DNA of 64,000 nucleotides, from the IMG/VR virus record IMGVR_UViG_3300030060_001926, positions 1 to 64,000 of that record; one strand, written 5' to 3'. Below the pieces are notes generated by a model. It searched no databases and was not told the DNA's origin. It saw only the letters and a program-made list of their open reading frames with translations. Of the stretch, positions 49,687 through 62,500 are shown piece by piece; the stretch's first letter is position 1; every line of letters begins with the position of its first letter. This DNA comes from an uncultured virus (IMG/VR IMGVR_UViG_3300030060_001926). Its lineage: Duplodnaviria; Heunggongvirae; Uroviricota; Caudoviricetes. Both the position numbers and the translations under genes were made by a program.

Positions 49687-49956
49687 TCACTCCCCCCTTT
49701 CTGGTATCCGGTCCCAGAGAGCCGGAACCTCTGCACATTTCACGCAGACTTCTCCGTATCTCCACTCCGGGAACTCGTGCGACCCGGTGTTGACCTCCAC
49801 CGTGAGGTACGGTGTGTCACACTTCTCACACCTGAGTTCCTCCACAGCCTCCGGAGTCTCCGCTTCCGGATTCCTCAGGAAGGGGATCACAGTCGCGAGG
49901 ACCATGAGGCCGATGAATGGGATGGCGAAAAGGACGATAAGGATGATGGTGAACAT
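49687..49956 (-). CDS. Early membrane-anchored protein with CxxC...CxxC
   Basis: 89 aa; N-terminal TM, 'CEKC' and 'CVKC'; AGGA RBS. Confidence 0.6.
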   Translation of the reverse strand: MFTIILIVLFAIPFIGLMVLATVIPFLRNPEAETPEAVEELRCEKCDTPYLTVEVNTGSHEFPEWRYGEVCVKCAEVPALWDRIPERGE

Positions 49957-50054
49957 TTGCTATTCCTTTCTAAGAATAGAGGGGTAACGGGGGGTAGCAC
50001 AAAAACAATTTATACTACATGGCCTCGTGGATATTCTCGACCCCCTAGTCGATT

Positions 50055-50249
50055 TTACGGTCCACCAATGCTACCATCTGGGTTAGTATCAAGAGCTGCA
50101 CTTAGTTCTTGAAACTTTTCAACTTGCCCATCTCTAACTGTTTTAATTGCACCAATTGATCCTGCACCCATCACAGTGCCAAGGATCATGTATTCACCAG
50201 TTTGCATCCCACGTTCGTCTTTTAAAAATTGTTTAATAGCTGTAATCAT
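50055..50249 (-). CDS. Flp/Fap (type IVc) pilin-like protein
   Basis: 'KQFLKDERG|MQTGEYMIL' matches the Flp prepilin G|xxxxEY motif; 64 aa; GGAG RBS. Confidence 0.75.
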   Translation of the reverse strand: MITAIKQFLKDERGMQTGEYMILGTVMGAGSIGAIKTVRDGQVEKFQELSAALDTNPDGSIGGP

Positions 50250-50269
50250 TTAAGTCTCCATATGTTAAA

Positions 50270-50530
50270 TTATCTAGGTATGTCTTTTACAATAGACATC
50301 ATTCTATTTGTAGACCACTCTCTGTTTTTATCAACGTTACTAATAATCATGTCAATCTCCCTTCGTAACTCTGTATTGTCTCTAGCTCTAATTTCCCTTT
50401 GGTGTTTTACTTGTTTTTCTAATGCGTTTACTTTGTGACTAATCCGCCACACAAAACCAATTAAAGCGAATAATGCAGTACTTAATATTGTCATCCCGAT
50501 ATCAACGAGATGTGCTCCTATGTCTTCCAT
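50270..50530 (-). CDS. Small membrane protein (1 TM + coiled coil), holin-like
   Basis: Likely start ATG 50530 (GGAGGGAG RBS); TM 'ILSTALFALIGFVW'. Confidence 0.55.
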   Translation of the reverse strand: MEDIGAHLVDIGMTILSTALFALIGFVWRISHKVNALEKQVKHQREIRARDNTELRREIDMIISNVDKNREWSTNRMMSIVKDIPR

Positions 50531-50581
50531 TCTTTCTCCCTCCTGTGTAATGGTTAACAATCTTTATTACCCACTTCTAAG

Positions 50582-53500
50582 TTACTGTCCGAACAATCCT
50601 TTCGGTGCTTCTTGAGTATCCCTGTCAATAATAGAGCTTACGACATCTTCGGGTTTGGAAGTAGGGGTAGTGATTTCGGGCGGCGCGGGTTGTTGGAGCG
50701 CGGCGGAAGAGGGTTGATTAACGGGGGCGGGGGGAGTGCCTATATTTTCAAGGGACTGCACAAGAGCCTGCCTAGTGTTAAACTCTTTAATTACATCTGG
50801 AATATTTCCATCTAAAACCTGCTTATACATTTCCTTGGTATCATTATTCCACGTAATGGCTGCATGACTGCTTCTCATTCCGTAATGCAAGTTTGGAGTT
50901 TGAGAGCTGCCTGTAGTTCCTCCTCCTCCTGTTCTTCTGTTTGAATCCCTTGAGATTCCATCTCCACCTAGAGTGTACACACCTAATCTTATAGCTGAAT
51001 CTGCATAAGGAATAATTCTGGTAGCGTTTAACATGTCTTGGTTATTGGGCATTGTAGTTAAGCCAAACATAGCTGCTCCTGCTTGAGCACCAGTAGATAC
51101 AGCTCCTAGTGTAGTACCTAGTGCAGCAAAGGGAATGAACCCAGTATTCTTAGACAATGCTCTAGAGAAGTCATATTGACCGGGGAATTTGCCTTGTGCG
51201 ATTCCGTCAATACCCATAGCAAGGACAGGGCCTAGAAGACTTAGCCATCTACCTAACAGAGGAGTTCTCACAAGTAGTTTAGAGAACTTAGCAAATCCGT
51301 CTTCTTCATACTCTTCTAGAATATCATCTAGTTCAATTCCTGCAGCTAATTGAAGTGCGGTCATGTAAAGCATATCCATGAGTAATAGACTGGTAAGACC
51401 AAAGGCTGTTCTACCCACGCTGCTCCTACTAGTCCTTCTAATCATTTGTTGACTAGCGAACAGTACAGGGTATCGACGATAGATTTCAAACAATGCACTT
51501 GGAGTATCTAGCTCTCCTGTTCTTACGTCAAATACATTGGGAGTAAGAATAGCTTCTTCTACGTACTTCCTTTCTACTTCTTTCAATCCAGTAATTACAT
51601 CTAGCTTTCGGTTATAGTCTTGTCTGTCAAGTCTAGAAGAGCGAGTTGTAAAGAGTTCGTGACTCATTTCAAAGGGTGAGTATCTACCTTCTTCTGGCAT
51701 CATGGTTTGCATATCAATGACTTTATCTACCTGTAACAACCCAGCCCTCATTAGATAAGATACAAGTTGTAGATCGCCTTCAAAATTACTGTACCCAGAT
51801 TCTTTCATAGCTCCCTTTAAAGCTCTCTCTTGTTCTTCTATAGGTAATTTATCAATATTTTTCTCTTCTAATTTAGTTGCTAGCTCAAGCAGTTTACTTC
51901 TTCCTTTACTATCTAAATCTAATCCGCTTTGAATCCAAGAACGAGCATTGATGGCTCTAGCAGCAGTAATATTTTTAAGCTGCCATTTAGCCAGTCTCAT
52001 TTGTTCGTTACCCATACCTTTAAATAATTTCATAGTTATGCCATCTTCTTGGGAACCAAAAGGTTTTTCAAACTCAGGTAAGTATCCTTGTGTCATTGAA
52101 TCAATGAGATAAGAGAAATCTTTAAGAACTCTTTTTCTTTCTTCTCTATTTGTAATACCCATAATAGGAGCGAAAGCAGTCCTAATAAATCCTGTTAAGT
52201 TTCTTCTGCCAATTAGTTCGTCCAAAGCAGAGTACCCGTTCTCAACAATAGATGTAGCTAAGAATAAGTTACCACCAAAAGCAATTCTAGTGACAGCATT
52301 AGCTACTTCTGGTATAGCTGAGTCTATTGCGTTAGATGGACTAAGCTCTGTGTTTGGTCTTACCTTTCGCATTGCGTTATGCTTCTCATTTAAGATTGTT
52401 ACAGTATCTGAAATTTGGCTCTTTGTTCTTGGGTTATTTTCTCCCTTACTGTCTAAGATAGCGTAGTTAGAATTATTAACAGCACTTAAGAGATTCAACA
52501 CTTGCTTAACATCACCGTGAACACCAAACTCTCTCATTGTTTTCTTTTCAGAAACTTCGTTATAGAGTCCGTGTCTAGCATTTTCTGCAAGAGCGGTTAA
52601 GTCAGTAACAAAGAATTCTTTCATATCATCGTGAGAATTTAACATTGCCTTAACACTAGGTAAGGCGAAGTTATCATTAGGATAGTAAGCTCCTACTGCT
52701 GATCTTTCTAAGAAGTTAAAGAAGATATGATCTAAAGGATTTGTCTGTACACCAAAAGCTGAACTAAGAGAACGTGCTTTAACTCTTCCCTCTACTCTAA
52801 TGTTTGGAGTAATGCCTAGATTTTCCTTAGTCAAGCCTTCTAATCTTCTTGTGTTTACATTTTCTACAGTCTCGATAAACCCTTTGTAAGCTTCTTTAAA
52901 TCTAGTTGTTTGAGTTCTAGTACCCTTAGCAAACATTTGATTAACAGTTACGTTTCCTTTGGTTAGTTGATTCATTAGTTTGGTCGAACCTAATCTAACC
53001 TTATTTAAAGCCATAATATCTCCGCCCTGCAATTTGCTATCAAGTATCATTACCTTGGCTCTTACGTCTCCTGTTTTATCTGTAATAGAGTATTCTAAAA
53101 TAAAGTCGTACAATACTCTGTGATTTTCTTTTAGATTCTTAAGGTCACTAAAGCCTTTAGCGTTGTCTCCCAAGTGGGGTAAGAATCCTGCAGCAAGCAT
53201 CATAGTTCCTTCTACTCTGCCATTTGCATTAAATTCTGATATTAGTTTCTTTTTAATTTCAGCCTTTGCTATATCTACGAATGTTCCCTTTGCTGTAATT
53301 AAATCACTGTTAACACTAGTGCTTAGTCTATAAGGAACTACATTAGTAAAGCCTGTCCCAAACTCTCCGATAGATTGTCCTGTATCAATATTCTTTTCAG
53401 CCATTTGCCTAAACGTACTAGCCATTTGATTTAGCTGTTCTTTGATTAATTGTTTTTCTTCTTCAGAAAGTACTACCCCTAGAGCATCTTCAGATAAATC

Positions 53501-56500
53501 ATATTCGTAACTACCAGCTACAGCTCCTTCATCTACGCTTTCAATAATCTGAACATTCAATACCTTGAATACTTCTTGAGTACTCTTCTTCATTTTCTCT
53601 TCGCCACGTACAGTACTGTATAGAGGTCCGTTTAGTATTTTTACAATTTCTTTTTTATTCTCTCTCATAGACTGAGTAAAGGAACTTAATAATTCTAACT
53701 CACGACGAACTGACGGAGTTCCTCTTGTGTTTGTAAACCCACCAGAGTTAGTAACAACGTTATCGTCAATCAGAGAAGTAAGTAACAAGGCAATTAAGTT
53801 GTGAGAGTTCCAAGTACCTTGGTGACCTGTATCTCCTAACAAAGCACCAACTAACCCGTCTCTTAAGCCCGGACTCATGTTATTTGCGAGGGAACCTAGT
53901 CCTCTATTTACTGGTTCTCCGTAAGTATTAAACAGTCCTTCAGCAAGGTAAACAAAAGTAACAGCCTTTTCAAATGAATCTCCTTCTACTAGTACTCTTT
54001 CTAAATCAATTACAACTTCATCTGTTGGGTTTCGTACTTCATTTTCTAAGTCCTGCCGTTGTGTCTCAGCTGCATACTTACCTTTAACTTGATCTAAGCC
54101 TCCAATATATTCGTACCTAGTCATAGCTATAGTAGAAGCCCCTTCTCCAGCAGTTCCCAAGCCTACTGGTTCTCCGTAGTATCCTTCGCCCTTAGCCATG
54201 ACAATATTATCTAGTTCAGTTTGTTCTTCGGGAGTTAATGAGTCCTTTGCCTTGAGTTCATTTTCCTTTCTAATCATGTTTCTAATTTCTAAATCTTTTA
54301 CTGGATCTACTTTAAGGACTTCTAACTTGTCCATTTTCTTTCTCCACCCAAACCTTTTATCTGCAATGTCAGTACTATCAAATTGATTTCCAGTATAAAC
54401 ATCATTACTGCTATCGTATCCGAAGACATTCAAAGCCATTCTTCTCATCTTCTTATCAAATTCTACATTGTCTGTTTCAAATGCACCTCGTAGAGAAAGC
54501 ATAGTGTTAGACAAGTAGCCCATCATTCTTTTAATAGAGCTAGTAAACTTGCCCCATATACCTAGTTCTTCTGTAGTCAATCCTCTAATAACAGGTTGGA
54601 CATCAGCGAGTAAGTATAGAGAAACAAACCCAGCAATAAACTCTTCTGGATCTTCTATATATCCTAGGAATTCTTCGTTTGCAGCTTCTGTTTCTACGCC
54701 ACCATGCCAAGCTATTACAGCTTTTTTCATCATGCTTCTGCCTGCAGTACTTTGCGAAAGACCTACAAGTTCCATATACTCTGGGCTAAAGTCTTTAATA
54801 AATTTCAATCTAGCAATGTGGCCTAGCTCGTGAGCAATTATTTCTACAGCAGTAAAAGAATCTTTGGCTACTGATCTAAAGTTAGATCCTAGTCGAATAG
54901 TAAACTTACCGCCTGCTCGTTCAGCTTCTGCTCCTCGTTTGAGAATTTGATCCAAAGCTTTGAATTTTAATTCATGAACAATATCAGGGTTTAGCATAAA
55001 TGCTCTTGCAAGTAGAACTTTAACTGCGACTGATTCTTTTTTATCTATTCTTCCATTATGCACTAGCTCATCAATTTGTTTCATTTGGTCTCTTACTAGC
55101 GGTTGCCAGAAAGGATCAAACGTTTCTACTCCATCCCCCGCCTCAATCTTTTTAATAACATCAGTAAGTTCCATAGTAGATCTTCCTACACCAGAATCCC
55201 AGTTCTGTTCAAAAATAGATCCCGGCAATTCATCTCTACTAGTTATATCTGTTAACTCTCTAATAGCATTTCTAATTGCATCTTGCATTTCTCTTTCATC
55301 TTGTACAGAAATACTTCCGTCTTCAGCTGGAGTAACAACTCCCTTTTCAATACGAGTTTGCAAGAAAGAATCATAAGCGTCATCAGGATTTAAAGATCCG
55401 TCTGGATTTTCTAAAAGGAATTGACGAGCTGCATAGTGATGCTTGTTGTTTAGTCGAACGCCTTCATCAGAGATATTCATCTTTATTCTGGCAGACAAGT
55501 CCATCGCTGATTGAAGATCGATAGGCCAGCTATCTGCCTCTAACTCTTCTGGTTTGAAGAATAGTTTAACTTTGTTTTTTGTAAGATCTAGATTTGGATC
55601 TTCTAGCTTTAAAGCAACTAATCTAAGTTTATTAAACGCTGTTTGAGAACCGTTTCTGGTTTCGACAATTAGAGTTTCTAGTTCTTGTTTTAAAGTTTCA
55701 ATTTCTGTTCCCGGTCCGATAGTATCTCTGCTTAACATGTGGACTAGTTTTCTTACTGGGCTGATATAAGATTCTCTCCAAGAGTCAACAGATGTACCTA
55801 GGTTTCCGTCGTTCCATCTAGCTCCTTCTCCAGAAGAGTAGTAGTCTAGATCTACAATCTCTACTATTCGCCCCTCAACGCTTGTCAGAGGATCCCTAAC
55901 ACTTCTGAGGGTAACTCCCCCTTCTTCGGAGGAAGCTCTTAGAAGGGACTCAGAGTCGTTTAAGGCAGCATGTTTAATCGCTGTACCATCGTATCCTAAG
56001 CCACTGGCTACTGCATCTTGCAAGGGAACTGCTCTTACTACTTGACCATTGTTATCTATCTTTACTCCTAACCCCTTGTTAAGCCAACTACTTAGAGTAA
56101 GGTCTCGCATTGTAGTAGCATTTTCAAGAGCCACAAACATTTTCATAGCTTCCTGAGGACCTAAGATTATCTTAGCATTTTTAGCCGTAATCTTTTGAGA
56201 GGTCATAAACATCATACCAAAACCTACAGCTGCTCCATACGGACTCTTTGCAGCTTCTCCTTCTCTTGATTTTCGTGAGATCTGGAGTCTGTATTGGTTT
56301 GTTTTCTTACCTTCTCCTTCCTTTACGTCTTGGTATATAACTTCTTCAATACCTACCTCTAATTCAAATGAAGGCATTCCGGCAACATGCTGTCTAGCTA
56401 ATTCTCTTATCTCTGTTCTCTCTTGAATAGCTTCTTCCGTAGTCATGCCTTTGCCTATCTCTTGTTCCCATGTAGTAGGATCCATAGCAAACTTAGAATA

Positions 56501-59500
56501 CTTTCCTTCCTTGTAAGTTCTTAAGACATTACCATAAGCTTCGGTATATAAGATAGCGGCTAAGAATTTAGCTTTATCTGAACCTTGGACTGCCCACCCT
56601 TCTTTTGTTAAGTCTGAAACTTCGAATAAATCAATCGTTTCAATCTCTTCTCCTTCATCAACTATAAGGGTATTGTAGTCTGCATCTGTACCAAACTTAA
56701 AAGCATCGTCAAGCATAGTTCTTCTTAACAGCGTACCATCTGGATTATCTTCAGAAGCAACTGAAGTAAGGATATCAATCCATTTCATATCGTCTGTTGG
56801 AGGATTAACTACTGCTACTGGATCTCCTCTTCTTGCAATCTCTAGCTTTCTTCTTCCTTCTGGATTTTTAATGTCTCTAGAGTATCGAGCTACATCGTGT
56901 AGTCCGCTAATCCAAGCGTTCCTGTGAGCAACAGTATCTGAAGTTTCAACAAGATCCCTCTCTCTAACCCTTAGCATAACATCGCGTCTTGCTCTTTCTG
57001 CTTCTTTAATAACATAGAACCTAGCGAAGTTTGAAGGCTCTTCTTCTAACTGCCTCTCTAGTCCTCTATCCCTAGCCCATGAATGTACTTCGTAATATAG
57101 TTTTGCAGCTCTTTGACCAGCGTTAGATCCCATATCAATGGCAATGTGTGCAGGCAAGACAGGAAGAACTTGAGGCAATTCTTCTGCATTCCAAGGCGAG
57201 TAGCCTCCAATGGCTTGTCCTCCTACCATAACATCTTCATCTCTAAGAGTCTCTTGATAGTTTCTAATCGAGTGTAGAGGTCCTAGTAAGTTATTTAATC
57301 TTTCTTGAATATGCAATCTTTGAAGTTTAAAGAAACCCATATCATAGTATTGAGATTCTTTATACTTAGGTCTCACAGCCATAGGTCCCTTTCGACCTGA
57401 AGTATGAATCATTACAGAAGTAGGATTATTTTCAGATACATGGTAAGGAGTATATCTAAAAGCTTGGTCAGAAGCCGCGACTACTGCTTTATTTACGAGT
57501 CCTCCTGCCTTATTCTTAAGTTTAAGATATCGGCTTTTTGTCTTAGCTCTTTTCCACTCAGACATTTCGAATTCCATTTCTTGTTGTAGACTTCGGTGTC
57601 GTCTTTCTGAATGATCTCTCCAAGATTCTAAAACCTTTTCTAAGATAGAAGTTTCAGAAACTTCTTCGGTATAATCAGGGAATACATCTGCGGGTGGCTT
57701 GTCGTATCTAGACCATAACAGCATTTCTTGTTTAATCATTAAGTCTTCAACCTTATCTTCCAACTGTTTGTCTGTCATTCCGGAATCTCTGTCTTCTCTC
57801 AATGAAGGATCTCTAAGATCAAACATGCCTAAAGAATCTGCATTATCTTTGTCTGTTTCTAAGAAAGCGTCAAATTTAACTAGAATTTCATCTCTACTTA
57901 ATCCTTCAGCATCCTCGCTCTTAAGGAAATCAAGGAAGCTTTCGTAGTATTTTCCTGTGTCTTTGTCTTGATAAAGAGATTTTCTTGCTACTCTTTCTAA
58001 AGATATGCCCATAGTATCAACTTGGTTACTTGTCGCATAGTCTCTAGTAGAGTTTCCACTAGGAAGCATTAAGTGATATAGCGCGTGTTTTTCAAACCCA
58101 AGGTAATCGTTAATATCAAAGTCAGTAAGACCTAGTAGATCAGCAGCTTCTTGCATTCTTTCAGCATTTAATCTGTATTCTTGAGAGTTTTGAATGTTTA
58201 AAGCTCTTAAATATCCAATAGTTTCTGCCGAAAGTTTGTCTTCTACTCCTGAAAGAATAGCTTGGAACTCTGAATAATTTGGTGATCCGGGGTGGATGGG
58301 TTCCCCTGCTTCTTTTTTCTCTTCTAAGAACTTCTTAGCTTTTTCAAATCGCTCGTCCCATCCCTTTGTTTTCTTCCATTCTTCAAAACTCATTTCGCCT
58401 TGTTTAGTATCTAGTCTCCACATTTGTCTTAACTTAGCATCTAATAGATCAATATGAGTAGCTGTGTTTTCTAAAGATTCTCCTAGGGCTTTATTGTCCA
58501 TCTTCATAAGATCACGCCAAGCATCAATCAAGGGCTTATCTCTATCTTGATCAATCATAAGATACTTATGAACTAAAGTTTTTGTTTTATCGTTAGACCC
58601 TAAAGCAAGCTCTACTAGTAATACTCTAGTTTCATGGTGTCCGGATTGACTAAAGATAGCCTCTCTAATAACTTTAATGTTTTCTTCTGATGGTTTAATA
58701 CCTGCTTCAACCATCGCATTCCAGCCCTCTCCACCCTTAGAAAACTCTTTAATAAAGTTTGGCATACCGCCGCCATAAATTTTTCTCATCACTGGAACTT
58801 TAAAGATACTTCTTAGTTTTTTAATTGCTTCAGCTTGCTTCTTTATTTCTTCATCTGTTTTTGCTTTTTCTTGTAAAGCAAGATAATCTTTTACAGACCT
58901 AATATCAGTATCTTGAATGATCTTAAAGATTTGTCCTAATTCAGAATCAAAACTTGTAACTCCTGCTAAACCCTTGATTGCTGCTAACATATAAAAGTCT
59001 AATTCAGCCTTGGGCTTACCTCTAAATCCTCCGCTAGCTATTCTTTCAATAATTTCTGGGCCAGTCAAGGTCTCTCCATCTACTTCTAACGTTGCAGTTG
59101 GATCATGAGCAAGAGATAGTAGCTTGTGTTCAAACACACCACTGGCTGTTCTATCGCTCCAGTTATCTAAAGACATTAGCATGTCTAAATTAACTCCTGT
59201 TCCTTCAGCCTCTCTAGCTTCTCTTAACTTCATTACTCTTTTAATAGCAGCATCTGTAAAGCCTTTGAACATAGGACCCATAGCTTCAATTGCCATTACC
59301 TCGCCAATTCTACCTAGAGGCACTAACACATGATCGCCGTGACTTAAGTCATACATTAATCCTTCGCCTGTATCAGCTAGGTTTCTTCTATCGATCTCTA
59401 CTTCTTTACCATCGACCTCTACAGTAATGACTCCTTCTTCTACTCCCTCGTTAAACATAACCTTCTCTTGAGTAATCTGGTCATGAATGAATCCTTGTGC

Positions 59501-62500
59501 ATTTCTGGGAACATCAAGAACCATTTCCATTACCATTTCTTTAGCCTTAGCTCTAGTCATTACAGCCTCTTGTAAGGTAGCCCCTACAATTTGAGGAATA
59601 ATAAAGAAGGGTAAGTCAGCCTCATCGCCAACTGGAGAAACTTCTCTATTTCTAAGGTCAGACCATTTAGCGTCTCTCCATGCTTCGTACGCTTGCTTTT
59701 GCTTCTTAGTAAATTTATCTTTACCAAGAATAAATCTCATTCTTTCTCTAGCCTTATAATTCTGAACAATCCTAGCCATTTGCATTGCAGGGATAGGCAT
59801 AGCAAAGTTAATCTCGCCCTCCATTGGGAGCCTGACAGTTACTGGCTCTCCTCCTGCTACAAACTCTTCAGTAGACTCTCCGGGTACGGGGTTACCATCT
59901 TTATCTGCAATAGCTGTTAGGTTTTGAATATTAGGTTGTGGCTTATCGCTAAGGAAGTCTACAATACCGTAACCTGCATTTTTAGCAGAACCATATCCAG
60001 ATCTCCCATTGCCAAAGTCTTCTAGTAAGATTGCATTGTCTCCTTGGTACAATCCTCCTAGGTTATCTATAATAGCATCAGCAATAACATCTTCAATGTT
60101 TTTAGTTAAGATTTCCCCATCAGGCATTACTACTTCGTACATTACGCGGCCTGACTCATCTTGTCTTTTGTTAAGAGTGAGATTAAACTTATCCGCAATG
60201 TTCCTAATATCTCTTATTTTGTTTTGACTAAGCATAGAGGAAACTCTAGCTCGAATATGAAACCTTGCTTCTTGAATCCATTCTCCCTTGTTTCTGGTAA
60301 ACTTTACAGGGAATCCTGTATCGGGATCTACCTCTAAAATCCAACCGCCTTCACGATCAGGATTATCAGGATTAGGTTGTCTTTCGTTAAACAAGGCTTC
60401 GTTAATAGCTGAAGAGGCTTCATCCATTCTTTCTACAAACTCTAAAGCAGTGTAAAGATTTACTGCTGAGTTAGGATTTGATTCGTCCCTAGAAGCTTCT
60501 TCTAAAGAATCAAGAACAGTTGCTAGTTGGTCCTGCCTCCATCCTTCAATTTTTGCTAGACCTCTTTCCTTCCATGCCCTAGCAATTTGAACTAAGCTTT
60601 CAGGATCGTAACGTAAAGTATTTTGAATGATCTGTAAGTCAATCATTGCCGCAGTGTTTACATCAACCAAATCATTATCTCTTAGAGCAGAACGAGATCT
60701 ACCTAATACATTGTTCCTTCCGAACACATGGTATGGTTTTAAACCCACGTAATCTCTAAGATAAGGAGGCATGGCTTGATTAATTTCCCAAGCACTGATA
60801 CCTTCTTCTGGGTCTCGTATACTAGCTAGGTGATTTAGGTTTGCCTCAAATTGAATCCAAGCTTCTACATCTTTATCTAAAGACCTAGTAAACTTTATTT
60901 CTGTTCCTCTCTTTTTGTCCTTTAACTTTTTAACTAGTTCTTGTTTCTCGCCTTTAAGAAGAGTTCTTTCGTCCTCGTTTAGTTTGCTTCGAGCATCCCA
61001 AGCCTCTTTCATTTCCTTTTCACCAATGCCCTTAGCAGCCTTGTTAAAGTTCTCTTCGCTAGATCCTATGCCTAGAACATATAGGTTGTACGAGTTTACA
61101 GCGTGGTAGTAATCCACAAATCCTAGAGCTTGAGCTGCATTGTCTCTTGCTGTAAAACCATCAATTAGTGTTCCGTAAGTTTCTGTAGGACTGTCAAGAT
61201 ACACTGTACCTCTTTGCCTTACGGGTTCATCGAGTTCTTTACCATCTTCATTAGATTTTTCTAAGACAGTTTCTACATCGTAAGAAGTACCTAATACATC
61301 GTCAGAAGAATGGTTATGTACCCAGTCTCCTCTAACGTATTGATACCTTCCTCCAATCCTAATGTCTGTCATTTTACCAACGCCAAGATATTTAATTTTA
61401 CTAGCAGCACTTTCGGATTCTGCTCTAAAGATATCTTCTGCTTCTTCAGTGGTATAGGTTTCGTTCATAACCTTTTCAGATTCTTCGATACCACTTGGTT
61501 CTCTTTCTGCTAAAAGCTCTTTGTTTTCTTTCCATTCAGAATATGGGTGAAGATATCTAGCTATCTCTTCTGCGGTAAAGGTTTCGTTGTTTTCTTTTTT
61601 CCTTGCTAACGCAGAATCAAATAATCTCTGACCGGCATCAAAGAGTTCCGTTTGCTTCTTTCTTTCTTTTGCACCTGTTTGTTGTAGACGTAAGGCTTGA
61701 AACTTTTGAATGTCAGCAATAGTTTCTTCCTTTTGTATGTTAGCAATAATTGTTCTGTATTCTTTGTCTGTTTCTTTTAATGCCTCTTCTAATTCTATTG
61801 CCTCTTTATATTCGTCTGTTTTTTGTCGTCTTTGTTCCTGTGCCTTTCCGATTGTTTCTATCTTTCTTAAATCTTGCATAAGACTTTTGGTAGAATATTT
61901 TTTAGCTGTAACCTTAGACTTTCCTGTTTGAAGTAACTCTTCAATTCGCTCTAAGAATCTCACTCCAGTTTTTGAAGTATCTCCTTGTAATACCTCTCTA
62001 AGTTCTTTAAGTATTTCTCTAGTTTTTTCAGAAAAGTTTTCTACTCTTACATCCTTAGAGTCAGAGTCAGCGATATCTTCTGCCACACTAGAAGCAAATT
62101 CTTGTTGCAACTTTATTATTCTTCTAATTCTGTTATTACCAAATATTACACCCTTATCATCTTTTAAATCTGAGTTTAACAAAGCTATGATCTTATCAAG
62201 CCGGTCCTGCTGTTCAATCAGTGTTTGTAATAAACTAGAAGTTCTTTCGTCATTTATATCAAGATCTGCCATAAGCGATGCAGTTTCTAAAGTTATTTTA
62301 TCCTGCATTTTTTCTAAACGAACTCTTAGAGCAGATAGTCTTTTCTTTTCTGCAATTAGTTTTCTCTTTCTTTTTTCTGGAGGATCTTTTTCTAATTCTC
62401 TGTCTACATCAGTTTCCTCTTTTGAAACCTTTTGTTTAAGGTCAGCTGCTCGTTGAGCAGTTCTAGCTTGTTTTTGTAATGGATCTAATCCCTGTCTTCG

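Noticed and set aside
59470..59500. 'GFIHDQ' in the giant protein as RNAP motif C
   Set aside because: It lies upstream of motifs A and B, in the wrong order; it would need a circular permutation for which I have no other support.
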